From Methanobacteriota archaeon (lineage in GTDB: Archaea; Halobacteriota; Bog-38; Methanoflorentales; Methanoflorentaceae), in contig CAVRAO010000002.1 of the NCBI GenBank assembly GCA_963719035.1, forward strand, positions 320,001 through 384,000: 64,000 nucleotides of DNA. Direction: 5' to 3'. Made by a program: the position numbers and the translations under genes. Positions 61,568 through 64,000 of the stretch are shown here, piece by piece. The number at the start of each line of letters is the position of its first letter. Within the stretch, counting starts at the first letter, position 1. The notes beneath the pieces were generated by a model. It was not told the DNA's origin. It ran no database searches and saw only the letters and a program-made list of their open reading frames with translations.

Positions 61568-61661
61568 GGGCTCGTAGCTCAGTTAGGCAGAGCACCTGGC
61601 TTTTAACCGAGATCTTAGGAGAGATACCAGGCGGTCAGGGGTTCAAATCCCTTCGAGCCCG
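61568..61661 (+). tRNA. tRNA-Lys(UUU) with 20-nt intron at 37/38 (61606-61625)
   Basis: GGGCTCG/CGAGCCC-G; CCTGG-CT-TTT-A[intron]A-CCAGG; BHB with CTTT/AGAG helix. Confidence 0.94.
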
Positions 61662-61791
61662 CCTTCTCTACCAGCCAATCGACAGACGCAGCAAATCTCT
61701 AAATGTCAACAGACGAAGATTATCGCTCAGTTATTGATGAATTTCGGAAATAAATTCATCGTCGTAATTGTGGAGACTGTTTGGGGGGCGC

Positions 61792-62040
61792 ATGAAAAAC
61801 CTAAACGTTCTAGAGCATGAGATGGTGCCAGAGCACACAATCATGTTAGAAGAAGAAGTGAACGAGTTGCTGGCTCGATATGGCATCGAACTCAAGCAAC
61901 TACCTAAAATGTTGGTAACCGATCCTGCGTGCAAAATAGTTGGTGCGCAAAAAGACAACGTCATAAAAATAAGACGCCGCAGTTTAACGGCAGACGAAGC
62001 CGTTTCATACCGTCTTGTTATCGACACGAAGATGGGGTGA
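61792..62040 (+). CDS. rpoH: RNA polymerase subunit H (Rpo5)
   Basis: HEMVPEH, QLPK..TDP, YRLV. Confidence 0.95.
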   Translation: MKNLNVLEHEMVPEHTIMLEEEVNELLARYGIELKQLPKMLVTDPACKIVGAQKDNVIKIRRRSLTADEAVSYRLVIDTKMG

Positions 62041-62044
62041 TAAT

Positions 62045-63601
62045 TTGATAGATAGACAGGTTATCTCAAGAAGCTATTTTACAAGAGACAAAATCGCTCA
62101 ACATCATATCAATTCTTTTAACGATTTCATAGAACGAGGGCTCCAGAAGATTATTGACGAGCAGGCAGTGATTGAAACTGACGTTCCAGGCCTACTTGTG
62201 AAGCTAGGGCGGATTCGAGTTGACACCCCAAAAGTGCGCGAAGCAGACGGCTCACTCGAAGAGCTTTACCCTACTGAAGCACGGCTTCGAAATATTACAT
62301 ATGCTGCTCCAATTTTTCTTGAAATGACGCTTCTACAAGGCGAAACCGAAAAAGAGCCAGAAGAGGTAGAAGTTGGATTAATGCCGATTATGGTGGGCTC
62401 CACCGCGTGCAATTTTTCAAAGCTCTCCGAAGGTCAGATGGTGAAACTAGGAGAAGATCCAGCAGATCCTGGGGGATATTTCATTGTAAGCGGCTCCGAG
62501 CGAGTAATAATCACCCTCGAGGATCTCGCACCGAACAAAATCTTCTCAGAGTATGACGAGCGCTACGGAGGACGAATAGAAGTCGCCAAGGTTTTTTCGC
62601 AGCGCCGGGGCTACAAAGCTCTAGTTATGGTGGAAAGGGGGCGTGATTCGATTTTAGAGGTGTCATTCCCTTCAGTTTCTGGACGAATTAACTATGTTAT
62701 GCTGGTCAGGGCGCTTGGTCTGGTGACCGACCAAGACATCGTCCAGTCCGTGTCTAATGATCCAGAAATTATCAAATTCATGCTGGAGAATATTGAAGAG
62801 GCTGAAGACTTCACCCAAGACGAAGGAGAGTCACTTGATGAGCTACACCAGAAGATTCAGGAAGCGGCAATGAAAAAGCTCGGAGAGAAGGTCGCTGCTG
62901 GTCAAGCTACTGAGTATCAAGCAAAGAGGTCTAACTATGTGGTCGATCGCTATCTCCTACCTCATCTCAACGACCCACTCCTCTCCGAGGACGAAACGCG
63001 GCTAGTCAAAGCACACTTTCTTGGAAGAATGGCAGAAGCCTGTTTCAAGCTAGCTCTGCGCAAACGCGGGGAAGACGATAAAGACCACTACGCAAACAAA
63101 CGCTTAAAACTAGCTGGCGACCTAATGGAAGATCTGTTTCGCGTGTCATTTAGTCGACTTACGAGAGATATAAAATATCAACTCGAGCGCGCAGATATGA
63201 GAAACCGCGAGCTCAACGTATTGACTGCAGTAAGGGCCGACGTGCTAACAGAGAGGCTCACCCACCCCCTTGCAACGGGAAATTGGGTCGGAGGGAGAAC
63301 AGGCGTGTCGCAATTACTCGATCGTACTGACTACATGGCTATGCTTTCGCATTTGAGAAGAGTTATTTCACCGTTATCTCGCGCGCAACCTCATTTTGAA
63401 GCCCGTGACCTGCATCCGACCCAATGGGGCCGCATTTGCCCAAGCGAGACGCCTGAAGGACCGAACTGTGGGCTCGTCAAGAATTTTGCCCAGCAGGTCG
63501 AACTTTCGACCGCTTTGGAAGACGAAACTACTGTCCTGTCAACCCTAAAAGAACTTGGCTACACGCCTATTGGACGTGAAATCGTGCCGGAGGTGAGATA
63601 A
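62045..63601 (+). CDS. rpoB2: RNA polymerase subunit B'' (Rpo2N)
   Basis: EARLRNITY, DPGGYF..GSERV, DDKDHY.NKRL, ETPEGPNCGLVKN; TTG start after GGGGTGA. Confidence 0.96.
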   Translation: MIDRQVISRSYFTRDKIAQHHINSFNDFIERGLQKIIDEQAVIETDVPGLLVKLGRIRVDTPKVREADGSLEELYPTEARLRNITYAAPIFLEMTLLQGETEKEPEEVEVGLMPIMVGSTACNFSKLSEGQMVKLGEDPADPGGYFIVSGSERVIITLEDLAPNKIFSEYDERYGGRIEVAKVFSQRRGYKALVMVERGRDSILEVSFPSVSGRINYVMLVRALGLVTDQDIVQSVSNDPEIIKFMLENIEEAEDFTQDEGESLDELHQKIQEAAMKKLGEKVAAGQATEYQAKRSNYVVDRYLLPHLNDPLLSEDETRLVKAHFLGRMAEACFKLALRKRGEDDKDHYANKRLKLAGDLMEDLFRVSFSRLTRDIKYQLERADMRNRELNVLTAVRADVLTERLTHPLATGNWVGGRTGVSQLLDRTDYMAMLSHLRRVISPLSRAQPHFEARDLHPTQWGRICPSETPEGPNCGLVKNFAQQVELSTALEDETTVLSTLKELGYTPIGREIVPEVR

Positions 63602-64000
63602 TGGTAGAGGTCCGGATTTTCGTTGATGGCGCCTTAAAGGGAACACATAGCGATGCAAGACAATTTGTTGACCAGTTTCGAACAAAAAGAAGACGTGGAG
63701 AGCTTCCGCATTTAATAAATATCGCGTTTCACGAAGATACGAATGAGGTCAATATTAATACTGATTCTGGGAGAGCACGAAGACCACTCATCATCGTCGA
63801 GGCAGGAGCGCCACTAATTACTGAAGACCATATAAACAAGCTTGAAAGCGGAGAGCTGGTATTCGACGATCTAATAAGCAACGGGTTGATTGAATACATC
63901 GACGCCGAAGAGGAAGAGAACATCTATGTTGCCGTAACGCCAGAGGACCTCACTACTGAACACACCCATCTTGAGATCGATCCATCACTCATCTTAGGAA
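63601..64000 (+). CDS. rpoB1: RNA polymerase subunit B' (Rpo2C), 3' truncated by window
   Basis: MVEVRIFVDG..TDSGRARRPL..IEYIDAEEEEN..HTHLEI; TAATG overlap. Confidence 0.93.
   Translation, partial: MVEVRIFVDGALKGTHSDARQFVDQFRTKRRRGELPHLINIAFHEDTNEVNINTDSGRARRPLIIVEAGAPLITEDHINKLESGELVFDDLISNGLIEYIDAEEEENIYVAVTPEDLTTEHTHLEIDPSLILG

Overview
Gene-dense, mostly core-genome region of an archaeon. Gene content suggests a methanogen-related member of Halobacteriota (inference from SepRS, methanogenesis marker 8, DUF2111, DUF2551, split rpoB''/rpoB', archaeosortase A and Top6B with a C-terminal domain). It holds about 63 CDSs, three tRNAs (Leu-CAA; intron-containing Ala-CGC and Lys-UUU) and a type A RNase P RNA. 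No CRISPR array, IS element or integrase is visible. Most notable: (1) a bacterial-type System II cytochrome c maturation pair (ccsB-ccsA) between two cis-prenyltransferase genes; (2) a box C/D guide sRNA (42389-42461, minus strand) whose guides predict C34 methylation of pre-tRNA-Met and U34 methylation of tRNA-Leu(UAA); (3) near-identical introns in tRNA-Ala and tRNA-Lys with a compensatory change; (4) two conserved genes that appear to start at ATA; (5) structured intergenic RNA candidates. Four conserved genes carry single-base frameshifts, probably assembly indel errors, so single-base claims need read-level checks. All calls come from reading motifs by eye; no searches or folding programs were run.
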